A stretch of DNA of 64,000 nt from Candidatus Heimdallarchaeota archaeon (GTDB taxonomy: Archaea; Asgardarchaeota; Heimdallarchaeia; JABLTI01), in contig JAHLVW010000103.1 in the NCBI GenBank assembly GCA_019058275.1, positions 66,186 to 130,185 on the forward strand. The letters are read 5' to 3'. Below the pieces are notes generated by a model. The model did no database searches and was not told the DNA's origin. It worked only from the letters and a program-made list of their open reading frames with translations. Shown piece after piece: positions 44,496 through 53,978 of this stretch. Position 1 is the first letter of the stretch; each line of letters opens with the position of its first letter. The translations under genes were made by a program, and so were the position numbers.

Positions 44496-45437
44496 CTAAC
44501 TACTATTCTTTCTAATCTTATCACTTAATTTTTTTATAATAGATCTAATGTCCTTTTTGAAAATTTCAGATGATATTTCTTTGAACATTCTAAACATTAT
44601 TTCATTAACCAGATCAAAGGATTTGTTAACGTAAGAAGAAGTAATTGGAAATCTATCATTTTTCTCATAATTTGTTTCCACTTTTGATTTGAATTTGTTG
44701 TCTATAATACCAAAATTGTGGACTATAATATTCCTCACTTCAATATTTTCTCTTAGCAGTTTTATTTGTTCTTGCGTGAATAAATTTTTAACTTCAGTCT
44801 TTAGTTTTTTACAAATGGATTCCATTAGAGTGTATATATTCCGAGAAACATTTTGTTCAATATGCTTTTCAAGAACCTGTTCTTCAGTTAATTTTTCTTT
44901 AATTTCAAGATAGTTCAATCTAACATGTTTTTTTTGCCATTGCGTAGGTTTTACTTTGTAAATATAGAATAAACAGTCTCTTAAATAAGAATCAAAATAT
45001 GAGAACAGCATTACAAAAGCTTCCAAATTTGATGTCTCTATTAATTCTTTCGAAATTGTATCTCTAAACTTCAAAACCTCTTTTCCATTTACTTTTTTGG
45101 CATCTAAAAAGATAATTGCACTACTTAGCTCTACAGGAGCTATCAGCTTTTCTTCCAATTTTGTTTTACTATCTCCTAATAATTCTAAAATAAACTCATT
45201 TCCTTTAGTCTTCTTAATTTTATATTCTCTCTCAACTATTCCTTGAAATAACTTTGGGATATATTCCAATGGTAATTTCACATCTTCAGAAAGATTCTTT
45301 GGAAAATCAGTGAAGAAATGAGTTGATAGAATTTTTATAAAAAGTAGTTTGTTTATAGCTGATAAGTAATTATTGACTTTAAGAATAAAATCATCATGTA
45401 TCTTATCAGTGTTAATTGTTATGTTATTTGATTCCAA
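44496..45437 (-). CDS. HEPN-like protein
   Basis: RNIIVHN (Rx4H) in a helical domain; upstream FSYFDSYL. Confidence 0.65.
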   Translation of the reverse strand: MESNNITINTDKIHDDFILKVNNYLSAINKLLFIKILSTHFFTDFPKNLSEDVKLPLEYIPKLFQGIVEREYKIKKTKGNEFILELLGDSKTKLEEKLIAPVELSSAIIFLDAKKVNGKEVLKFRDTISKELIETSNLEAFVMLFSYFDSYLRDCLFYIYKVKPTQWQKKHVRLNYLEIKEKLTEEQVLEKHIEQNVSRNIYTLMESICKKLKTEVKNLFTQEQIKLLRENIEVRNIIVHNFGIIDNKFKSKVETNYEKNDRFPITSSYVNKSFDLVNEIMFRMFKEISSEIFKKDIRSIIKKLSDKIRKNSS

Positions 45438-45559
45438 ATAATCACCTCTCCCATGAACAATCTCATAGAGTAAAATAAGCGTTTCTTTTTTCTCTTCAAT
45501 AATTTCCTTTCCTTCTATAATCTATTTAAAAATTATAATTGGATCATTAACAATTCCTT

Positions 45560-46489
45560 TTATGGTGGTAATACTCCTGTTGATAACAATCCTACAAAAA
45601 TTAAACTAACTGTTGAAACTAGACCAAAAACAATAGCTAGAATTGCTACCCATGTTCTCATTGAGTTCTGAACACCAGTAATCCTTTGATTCGTTATATC
45701 AATTTGTTTTTGCAATCCTTCTTTTCTTTCATCAGTAATCAAAAGATCAGATTCTTGTATTCGTTTCATAATCTCATTATATTTCCTCTCAGCGATACTT
45801 GTACTTAGTTTAATTCTTTCATCAAAATCTGTTTTTAATGAATCCAAATGTATTTGTAATTCATCCATTCCAACAGATTGAAACTTCTGTTGTAGATTTT
45901 GGAATTCACCCTCAATTTTATACTTTAATGATAACTCAGCAAATCTTTCTTCTTCTAATGAAGTTAGTTTATAATTTTCTTTCATTTTTGAAAGAATTAT
46001 AAGAGCTTTACTTTCTCTTCCCTCAATTACCAATAATTTAAGCAGTATTTTTACTGAAAGGATGTTTTCATGTTCCCATAGTTGTTCTCTAAAATCCTCT
46101 AAGAATTCTTCCCCAACATTCTCTAGCAATCTTAATGCAAAATAGCAGTAATCAGCTTCCTTCATTAAATTAATTGACGCTTGAATTGTTTCCTTTTTTT
46201 CTAGTAATAATCTATTCTGATTTGGATTATCAATTTCATCTTCAGGAATGTCTTTTGTTAATACTTTGTATACAGCTTCTTCTGATAATGATTTTTTGAT
46301 AAAACTAGCAATAATTGTATTTGTTAAACTCATTTTCTTTTCTTCTTTATCTAAAGGATGTACAACAAGTAGTGCTTTACCCTTTGAATAATTTAAAAGC
46401 ACATATTTCCTTTTTTCGTCAATAATTTTCTTGATTAAATTAATTCGTACTTCAACATCAGACATTTCCTTTTCCTCAAAAAACAACAC
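45560..46489 (-). CDS. Coiled-coil protein with C-terminal TM
   Basis: Charged helical body, hydrophobic C-terminus. Confidence 0.6.
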   Translation of the reverse strand: MLFFEEKEMSDVEVRINLIKKIIDEKRKYVLLNYSKGKALLVVHPLDKEEKKMSLTNTIIASFIKKSLSEEAVYKVLTKDIPEDEIDNPNQNRLLLEKKETIQASINLMKEADYCYFALRLLENVGEEFLEDFREQLWEHENILSVKILLKLLVIEGRESKALIILSKMKENYKLTSLEEERFAELSLKYKIEGEFQNLQQKFQSVGMDELQIHLDSLKTDFDERIKLSTSIAERKYNEIMKRIQESDLLITDERKEGLQKQIDITNQRITGVQNSMRTWVAILAIVFGLVSTVSLIFVGLLSTGVLPP

Positions 46490-46804
46490 TATTAATTCTA
46501 AATAAGTATTTCTTTTTCTTATTATCTGATTATTCTCTTTAGGTTGATATTGTTTTCCAAGATTTTTTGCTGTTTATATACAAAATTCAATATTACTAAT
46601 TAGAACATTATAAATTTGTAAGGTAAATTTACTTTCAGTACACTCCCTACGAAAAGTACTTTTAGCTAAAAACGTGTCTCCGTTCTTTTCTTCTGCCATT
46701 TGTCCTTGCTTCCAGCTAGTGTTCTCTAAACACTAATCTATTAGTCACGACAAAATAAAAAGACCACAAAAAAATAAATAATGAAAATCTAGTATGTTAA
46801 ATGG

Positions 46805-47353
46805 GTGATTTTTATGGAGTGGGATCTATTTCTGGATATAGAAACTACAGGACTAAATAGCAAAGATGAAATTATATTAATTAGTTTGCAAAATGGAATA
46901 AATGGCAATCATGAGAAGCTTCTTTCTTGGGAGTCAAACGAGAAGGTTATATTGGAGGAATTATTACAAAGAATCATTGCATTTCCATCTAGTGGTAATA
47001 AAAAACCACAAATAATTGGTTACAACACCTTAAAATTTGATATTCCCTTTATTATCTGTAGGTGTATCTATTACAAAATCCGTTACTATAGTGAACTATA
47101 TACGATTTTTTATCGAGATTGTTGGCATATTGATCTCTTACAAGTCTTTATGTCAAGAAACAATTTCTTTTATCAAAAATGGAATAACATCCTCAAAGCA
47201 TATGGTTTTCCTGCTACAAAAGGCAGAGGTAGTGATATACCAGATTGGTATAAGAATCAGGAATTTGACAAAATTCTTACTTATGTAGATAGTGAGTTTA
47301 AATATATGCCTTCTATATTTAGCAGATTGAAATCAGGAGATTTTCGCATTTGA
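46805..47353 (+). CDS. DEDD 3'-5' exonuclease (DnaQ/PolB exo, RNase_H_2-like)
   Basis: LDIETTG, GYN..KFDIPFI, HIDL, Y...E. Confidence 0.85.
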   Translation: MIFMEWDLFLDIETTGLNSKDEIILISLQNGINGNHEKLLSWESNEKVILEELLQRIIAFPSSGNKKPQIIGYNTLKFDIPFIICRCIYYKIRYYSELYTIFYRDCWHIDLLQVFMSRNNFFYQKWNNILKAYGFPATKGRGSDIPDWYKNQEFDKILTYVDSEFKYMPSIFSRLKSGDFRI

Positions 47354-47566
47354 TTCATATTATAATGAAGTGGAAGATTAATTTCAATTGAAAATAGAAG
47401 AGAAATGCCATTTAAAACAATGAATAAATATTGGATTCATGAGCATCATTTAAAGTTAGTGGATTTACTTCATATCAATTAGACACTAATAATTACGATG
47501 ATTTTTTTCTACTTCTAATTTAATACTCAATGCTGATAGAATCAGGGATTTATTAGTTTAAAATTA

Positions 47567-48664
47567 TCAGATATTCTTTAATGGTGAAATTTGACAAATC
47601 TCGAAAAATTCACATGATTTACATTTCCATTTTTTAGGTGCTATTGGTAATTCTCTATCAATTTTTTCGAATTTTAATAACAGGTCATTAACATTTTCTT
47701 TATTGATTTCCTCTTCCCATGTTTTTGTTAGACCACTATCTCTTAAATAAATTTGAACTCTTTTATTATTTCTATTGAAGAAAAATCCATATAAATCTGC
47801 TTGTGTAGAAGCAACAGGTTTTACATAGTGTGAAAGAAATTCTGAACCAGTTGTTTTGAATTCATAAACAAATTCATTTGCTATCCCATCAGGTACTCCA
47901 ACTAATACAAAATCTTTCCATTCAAAATTCCATCTAATTGTTGAATATTTTTCAGCTTTAGTTGTTTCTACCATTTCCCCTAAAATTAGTGGATGTTTTT
48001 CTGCATCTATTATTTCAATGTTATTTGATTTTGCTTCTTCAATAATGAATTTCTTTTCATTCTCATCTAAATTTGGATTTACTACTATTTTTTCCACACC
48101 ATTTTCAACAATTATGTTATGAGTTGTTATAATATTAATGTTCTTTTCCACTACATTTCTTTTGTGTAAAATTTTTTCAATATCTTTTAGTGATATTTGA
48201 GAACCAATTTCAAGTAATTCAATAGGATTTTTAGGGATCTTTTTTATATAATCTAATTGAAGTGCATACATTATTCTATCTACTAAATAAGCACCAAAAA
48301 ACATCTCTTCCCCTTCTTTGGATTTGTAATATGATTTCATAGCACACCAGTAGTAGTTTGCTAAATTAGCCATTCCCAGGAATACAAGTTTATTGGCTTT
48401 AAGATTTCTTCTTTTCTTTTCAATCATTAGTAGTTCTAGTAATTTTATTTCAATTGGATTTTTTAGTAAGGATATATCTTGATATGCTAAAGCAATGAAA
48501 AATTTAATTGGATTTTTCCTGAATTGACTAATGAATTCATGGATAATTTCTTTTCTTACATTAAATTTTTCTTCTACGTTTCTAAATGATTCTTTTTCAA
48601 AAAAATATGATATCCAATTACTAATTTGTTTCAAATTAAAATTAATACTCATTTTTATCCCCAC
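47567..48664 (-). CDS. Cas4-like PD-(D/E)XK nuclease with Fe-S cysteines
   Basis: YYWC; GVPDG, EFKT, Q...Y; CKSCEFFEIC. Confidence 0.8.
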   Translation of the reverse strand: MGIKMSINFNLKQISNWISYFFEKESFRNVEEKFNVRKEIIHEFISQFRKNPIKFFIALAYQDISLLKNPIEIKLLELLMIEKKRRNLKANKLVFLGMANLANYYWCAMKSYYKSKEGEEMFFGAYLVDRIMYALQLDYIKKIPKNPIELLEIGSQISLKDIEKILHKRNVVEKNINIITTHNIIVENGVEKIVVNPNLDENEKKFIIEEAKSNNIEIIDAEKHPLILGEMVETTKAEKYSTIRWNFEWKDFVLVGVPDGIANEFVYEFKTTGSEFLSHYVKPVASTQADLYGFFFNRNNKRVQIYLRDSGLTKTWEEEINKENVNDLLLKFEKIDRELPIAPKKWKCKSCEFFEICQISPLKNI

Positions 48665-49201
48665 TTTTAAAATAAAAAAATTATGTAATAAATATTATTG
48701 ATTTAATGTTTATCTGATGTTCTTTATCTTATTTCTCATTCTTTAAGGATGTTCAAAATCTACTTTCTCTACGAAATTATTAATATTATTTTTTCAATCA
48801 ATGTACAATTAATCTATTTTTGTTGGATCTTTTGGTTTACAAATTATTGATTATTCCAAGATTTTAAAAAATAAATTCAATCAAAAAAAATAATGAAATT
48901 GATTAAATACTCTAGACATTCGATAATTGAAAATCCAATTTGGGATTCTTAATAATATCTGAATTAAGCAATAAAAAATAGTTATTTGTTTACCATCCAA
49001 AAAAAACATGAATAAAAACCTTAAACTAACAATTTTTTTCATTTAGATATAAATTATGTTAGTAGATTCATTATGAAATCAATATCCATCTATGATCTTA
49101 ATGAGAGCTCATCTATCTGAAAACATATTTTAGTAAATCTAAGACAACAACACAAATATAAAGCTAAATACACAAAGATAATTTTCAACCAAAGTTATTA
49201 G

Positions 49202-49591
49202 TTGAGAGAAATGATGCCTAGGGAGATAAGAGAACTTGAACCAAAAAAGAAATGTCTTTTATTAATAGATATGATAAGAAATTTTCATAGTTATACTGAA
49301 CAAAACGAGTTAACTACATCAAATGAAAATGAAAACTTTACTGAAAGATTAATAGAAAAATTTGATGATATAGAGAAAGTATTTATTAAATTACAACGTT
49401 CAATCGTAAAAGATTTTCAAAATTTAATTAAAGAAGATGAAATAGTGATTCCTCTTGTTTTTACTGATAGAATAGCAGAAGCATATTATACTAGTAATCG
49501 GCAATTTGATTTTATATCATTCCGAGAAAAAATATATAAAAGCATTTATAATCAATATAGAAAAAATTTGAAAGAACTTGACCGTGTATAA
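49202..49591 (+). CDS. Hypothetical protein
   Basis: 129 aa ORF. Confidence 0.45.
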   Translation: MREMMPREIRELEPKKKCLLLIDMIRNFHSYTEQNELTTSNENENFTERLIEKFDDIEKVFIKLQRSIVKDFQNLIKEDEIVIPLVFTDRIAEAYYTSNRQFDFISFREKIYKSIYNQYRKNLKELDRV

Positions 49592-49819
49592 TAAACATAA
49601 TTCTTCACTATTTAATTCATTTATGATTAAGTTCTCAACAAGAAGATGCATTTAAATTATGATTTTTATAATTTTTTAATATTTTAAATCATTTCCCATT
49701 TTATTATATACACTTGATATATTAAATTAAAAAATTCTATAATTATTGAATGCCTTATATATACTCCAACAAAAAGTACTTTTAGTCGTTTAAAATAATT
49801 TGAATTAGGTGCATTTTTA

Positions 49820-52660
49820 TTGCAAGAAAAGGAAATAACTATGATTTTTAGAAAAATTAGAAATGGTTATTGGGAAAAAGATGAGAGTAATGTAATAGAT
49901 GGTGAAATAGCAGATAAACTACTAGATCGAATAAAAGAAGAATTAGAAGATTATAAACTTGATTTCAAACAGATTTTACCAAATGAACCATATAAGACTG
50001 GTAAACTAATTTCTGCTATATCAAATGAGGGTGGTGGTGTAATTCTATATGGAATTTCAAATGACAAAGAAATTATTGGAATAAAAGATTTAGAATCAAC
50101 ATCAGAGAGGATAATTAGGATTGTAAGAGACAAATGCTTTCCAATTCCAGAAATCAGATCATTGAGGATTATCACAACTGAAAACAAACAGATTTTAGCT
50201 ATACTTATACCTCAACAAAAGGAATTAGTTGCTTATGATAATGAATATTATAAGCGATATGGTGACTCAACAGAAAAAATGAATAATCAAGAAATAAAAC
50301 AAAGAAAGGCTATTTTATCTAAGATTATCAAAAATTACTCAGTAATTTGGGAAAGTTCAACTGATTTAACATCAAATGAAGTTCTAGGAAGAGAAAGAGG
50401 TTTACCAAAAGGAGGTTTTAGAGAGTTTTATTATTCAAGAGATGAAGATATTAAATTAAATGAAATTCTGAAAAAAAACCTTAATTTGGAAGCTAAAGAA
50501 AAATCAAAACACATTATGGTAACTGGTCCACCTTTATCAGGAAAATCACGAATAATATATGAATGGTTTAAAAAAGTGAAAAACATCGATATTTTAATTC
50601 CTAGAAAAGAACTATCAGATATTGGTTTTAATTTACCTCATAACTCTAAAGTATCAAACAAAAAAATATTATATCTAGACGATTTCAATTTGTATATAAA
50701 GAATAAAGATTTTATTCCTTATTTTGAATCTGTAATTTCATTAAATGATATAACAATTTTATCTGCTTGTAGATCTGGCTACGAATTTAAAAATACTACT
50801 AATTTACTACTTAAAGAACAACAAATTGATATTGAAAATATATTTGATTTTATTAAAATCGAAAAAATAGATGACAAATTAGCCAAGGAGATTGCTGATA
50901 AATTAAACATCGATTGGAAAGACATTGAATTTAATGGTACTATTGGTTCTATTCTATTAAAATTAAATGAAATGCGAAGACGTTTTAATCATGAGCTTAG
51001 TATGTTAGGTAAGACTTTGCTAGAAATATTGAAGTATATCTATTTGACTGGGTTGTTTATTTTTACAGATTTATATCAAATATCTATAATAAAACAAATC
51101 AGTACTTTAGACCAATTTGAAATTAATTTTAAATCATACGAATTAGATAAATGTGTTGAAGAACTAGAAAAATGGGAATTTGTGTCAAGATATGATAAAG
51201 ATTTTCTATTAATTGATTCTGTTTATTTTGAATCAATAATTGCTCCTGAGATGAAAATTAGTATTTTTGATTATAGAAAATTGATAGAGCTTTTCAATAA
51301 TGATATTTCAATTTTAAATCTAATTGCATTAAGACTAGAAAACAAAAGTAATTATGATTTAGAAAATAAAGTTAATCTACTGAAAGAAGCTGTATCTATT
51401 TATTCCACTATATTGAATAAAGTATCAAAAACTGAAAATAGAGATTATATTGAATCAATTAATAAAGAATTAGGAGATATCTATTTTAAGTTAGCTAAAC
51501 TTATTGATACTAAAGAAAATTGTAAAAAATCAATAGATTTCTATAAAAAAACACTTGACTTTTACAGTGTTGATGATTATCCTCATTTTTATGCAATGAT
51601 AAATTTTAGTTTAAGCAATACATATGAATTACTTGGTACTATTGAAGATTACAAGGAAAACATCAATAAATCAATAGATTATGCAAAAATAGCAATTAAC
51701 ATTTTCAAAAATGTTAACAATTTATATAGTTATTCTCTAGCAAATATAAAATTAGGTAACTCTTATTCTTTGTTTGCAGAAGTGTTTTATGAAAATGTAC
51801 TAGATTATAGTAAATTATCAATTAAAGCATTTGAAAAAGCATTAGAATATTTTAATGAAGAGGACTTTCCAGAAAAATATGCATTGATTTGTTACAGTTT
51901 AGGATCAGTATATAGCATTTTAACAGAGATCAAGGATACAGAAGATAATTTTGAGAAATCTAAAGATTATTATCTTGAATCAATTAAAATTAGAACTAAA
52001 GAAACTCATCCATCTGAATTTAATTCTACACATTATAATTTAGGAATATTATATAATGGATATTCACAGATTGGTCCAATATCAATTTCTAAAAAATCAC
52101 AAGCATATGTTTTAAAGAAAGCTATTGAGCATTTTAAAGAATCATTAAAATTTCGAAAGAAAAATAGTTTGCCTTTAGCATATGCAAAAACCATGGCTAA
52201 TCTTTCAAGCACTTATTTTGCATTATCTGATAAAGAAAATCAGATTGAAAATCTTGAAAAGAGTATTTCACATGCAAAAGAAGCAATGGAAATCTATGAA
52301 AAGAGTGATTATCCTTTGCAATATGCAATAACAAATAATAATTTGGCAAATGGTTATTCAAATCTAGCAGAAATAGGTTTGGAACCAATAAAAAATCTTA
52401 ATCTAGCAATACAAATATACGAAGAAATTTTAACTCTAAATTTAGAAGATAGTAAAATACTATCAAAATATGATATTATGAATAATTTAGGTTTATCATA
52501 TTTTGAATTAGCTAAATATGAAAACAAAGAAAAAAACTGTAAAAAAGCTATCAAATATCTAGAAATATCTTTGAGCTTTTATCAATCACTAAATATTTTT
52601 ATTAAGATATTTGTAACTAGAAGAAATTTAAATGATGTAAAAGAATTCTGTAATAGTTAG
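49820..52660 (+). CDS. AlbA_2/Schlafen-like domain + P-loop NTPase + TPR repeats
   Basis: E...LDFK, ISAISNEGGG.ILYGI, YYKR.G; GPPLSGKS, LYLDD; repeated YP..YA....NL...Y TPRs. Confidence 0.85.
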   Translation: MQEKEITMIFRKIRNGYWEKDESNVIDGEIADKLLDRIKEELEDYKLDFKQILPNEPYKTGKLISAISNEGGGVILYGISNDKEIIGIKDLESTSERIIRIVRDKCFPIPEIRSLRIITTENKQILAILIPQQKELVAYDNEYYKRYGDSTEKMNNQEIKQRKAILSKIIKNYSVIWESSTDLTSNEVLGRERGLPKGGFREFYYSRDEDIKLNEILKKNLNLEAKEKSKHIMVTGPPLSGKSRIIYEWFKKVKNIDILIPRKELSDIGFNLPHNSKVSNKKILYLDDFNLYIKNKDFIPYFESVISLNDITILSACRSGYEFKNTTNLLLKEQQIDIENIFDFIKIEKIDDKLAKEIADKLNIDWKDIEFNGTIGSILLKLNEMRRRFNHELSMLGKTLLEILKYIYLTGLFIFTDLYQISIIKQISTLDQFEINFKSYELDKCVEELEKWEFVSRYDKDFLLIDSVYFESIIAPEMKISIFDYRKLIELFNNDISILNLIALRLENKSNYDLENKVNLLKEAVSIYSTILNKVSKTENRDYIESINKELGDIYFKLAKLIDTKENCKKSIDFYKKTLDFYSVDDYPHFYAMINFSLSNTYELLGTIEDYKENINKSIDYAKIAINIFKNVNNLYSYSLANIKLGNSYSLFAEVFYENVLDYSKLSIKAFEKALEYFNEEDFPEKYALICYSLGSVYSILTEIKDTEDNFEKSKDYYLESIKIRTKETHPSEFNSTHYNLGILYNGYSQIGPISISKKSQAYVLKKAIEHFKESLKFRKKNSLPLAYAKTMANLSSTYFALSDKENQIENLEKSISHAKEAMEIYEKSDYPLQYAITNNNLANGYSNLAEIGLEPIKNLNLAIQIYEEILTLNLEDSKILSKYDIMNNLGLSYFELAKYENKEKNCKKAIKYLEISLSFYQSLNIFIKIFVTRRNLNDVKEFCNS

Positions 52661-52726
52661 TAATCTTTTGTTACAATTACATAATTATCACTAAAAAATA
52701 GTTCTATCTAGAAATTAAATCATACT

Positions 52727-52843
52727 TTTGAAAGGCCTGTGGTGTACGTTTCGAGTCTTCGGGTGAGATGTTCAGCCGGTAGGTACTTACCACCTAAGCG
52801 TGTCCTTCCGAACGGGACTTCTGACTATGAAAGATAAAGTCTG
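52727..52843 (+). repeat. 23S 3'-end repeat (~117 bp)
   Basis: TTTGAAAGGCCTGTGGTGTACG...CACCTAAGCGTGTC...GGACTTCT aligns to 36502-36619. Confidence 0.95.
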
Positions 52844-53013
52844 CTACTTATAAGATTGATGATTTTATAATGAATCAATTAAATAAAGTAATTAATTTGA
52901 GCATAGAAAATATGAAGAACAATCCTTTTGTCTGTTTCTAATTCACATAAGATTTTTTAATTTCAAATACTATACCTAATTGATAACATCAAAAGGGAGG
53001 AAAGGATCCTATT

Positions 53014-53780
53014 TTGATAAGAAAAGGAAAATGGAGGTACTATATTCTCTTAAGTGTAATAATTATTATTAGTACTCCGTTTTTATTTAAAAAAGATAAT
53101 TCAGTGAAAGCACTAACAGCTTCAGATACCCTGTACTTTGGTGATTATCACTATTTCTATTGGACAACTCAAAAAGGTCCACCTCAATATGTAGATTGGT
53201 ATTTTAGTGGGAGTAATAGCTATGTTGGTATAGAAGTTTGGCTCTTAAATGACGAAGGTTTTGCTGATTTTCAATCATTGTCAAGTTTTTCGGGTTATCA
53301 GCTTTCTGATGGAGGATATTATCGTGCTGATGGGGTATACGATCTACCATATGAAGATTATTGGTACGTTGTTTTTGGCATAATGATGAGGATATTTTTG
53401 CAAGCAGTACAGTTACAATGACTGTAGAACTTATTACACCTATTACATCTTATATGTATCCAGGAAATACTTTGGAAGGTTGGGCTATTGCTCTTATTGT
53501 TATTGGTTCAATAATCTGTGTAAATACACTATTATCATTTATTATTGTAGCTTTATGGAAGAGGAATAGGAAACTTCGCACAGCTCAAGTATTGCCATCA
53601 ACTGAAGCTATACAAGCACCACAACAGCAACATACTGTTGATGAACACTTTCACTCGCCTGATGATTTGCAAAAGCAAATTTCTCAAAGTGAGACAATTT
53701 ACTGTTCAACTTGTGGATCTCCCAATCCTAAAGGAAAGAATTACTGTGGTGATTGTGGAGAATCTCTTCAAAAAAATTAA
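53014..53780 (+). pseudogene. Secreted/TM protein with C-terminal zinc ribbon, frameshift in a T-run
   Basis: Two overlapping ORFs join as WYVVFWHNDED; CSTCG...YCGDCG. Confidence 0.7.
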
Positions 53781-53817
53781 TGGTTTAGAAACATCCAACT
53801 CAATTTGGTTTTTGTCT

Positions 53818-53920
53818 AGATATGCTCGGTCCGCATGTGCTTACCACCTAAACATGTCCTCCCCGAACCGGACTTCTAGACCTTCAAGAAGAAGTGTGTG
53901 CAGTGATTCTACCTTTTTTT
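53818..53920 (+). repeat. 23S 3'-end/trailer repeat
   Basis: CTTACCACCTAAACATGTCC...GGACTTCTAGACCTTCAAGAAGAAGTGTGTGCAGTGATTCTACCTTTTTTT. Confidence 0.93.
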
Positions 53921-53978
53921 GCGAAAAGTAGATTAATTTCAAAGCAATAATATACTATGCCTTCGGGGTGGGTGCTAA

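Noticed and set aside
47567-48664. CRISPR-Cas locus
   Set aside because: Solo Cas4-like gene only; no other cas genes or array
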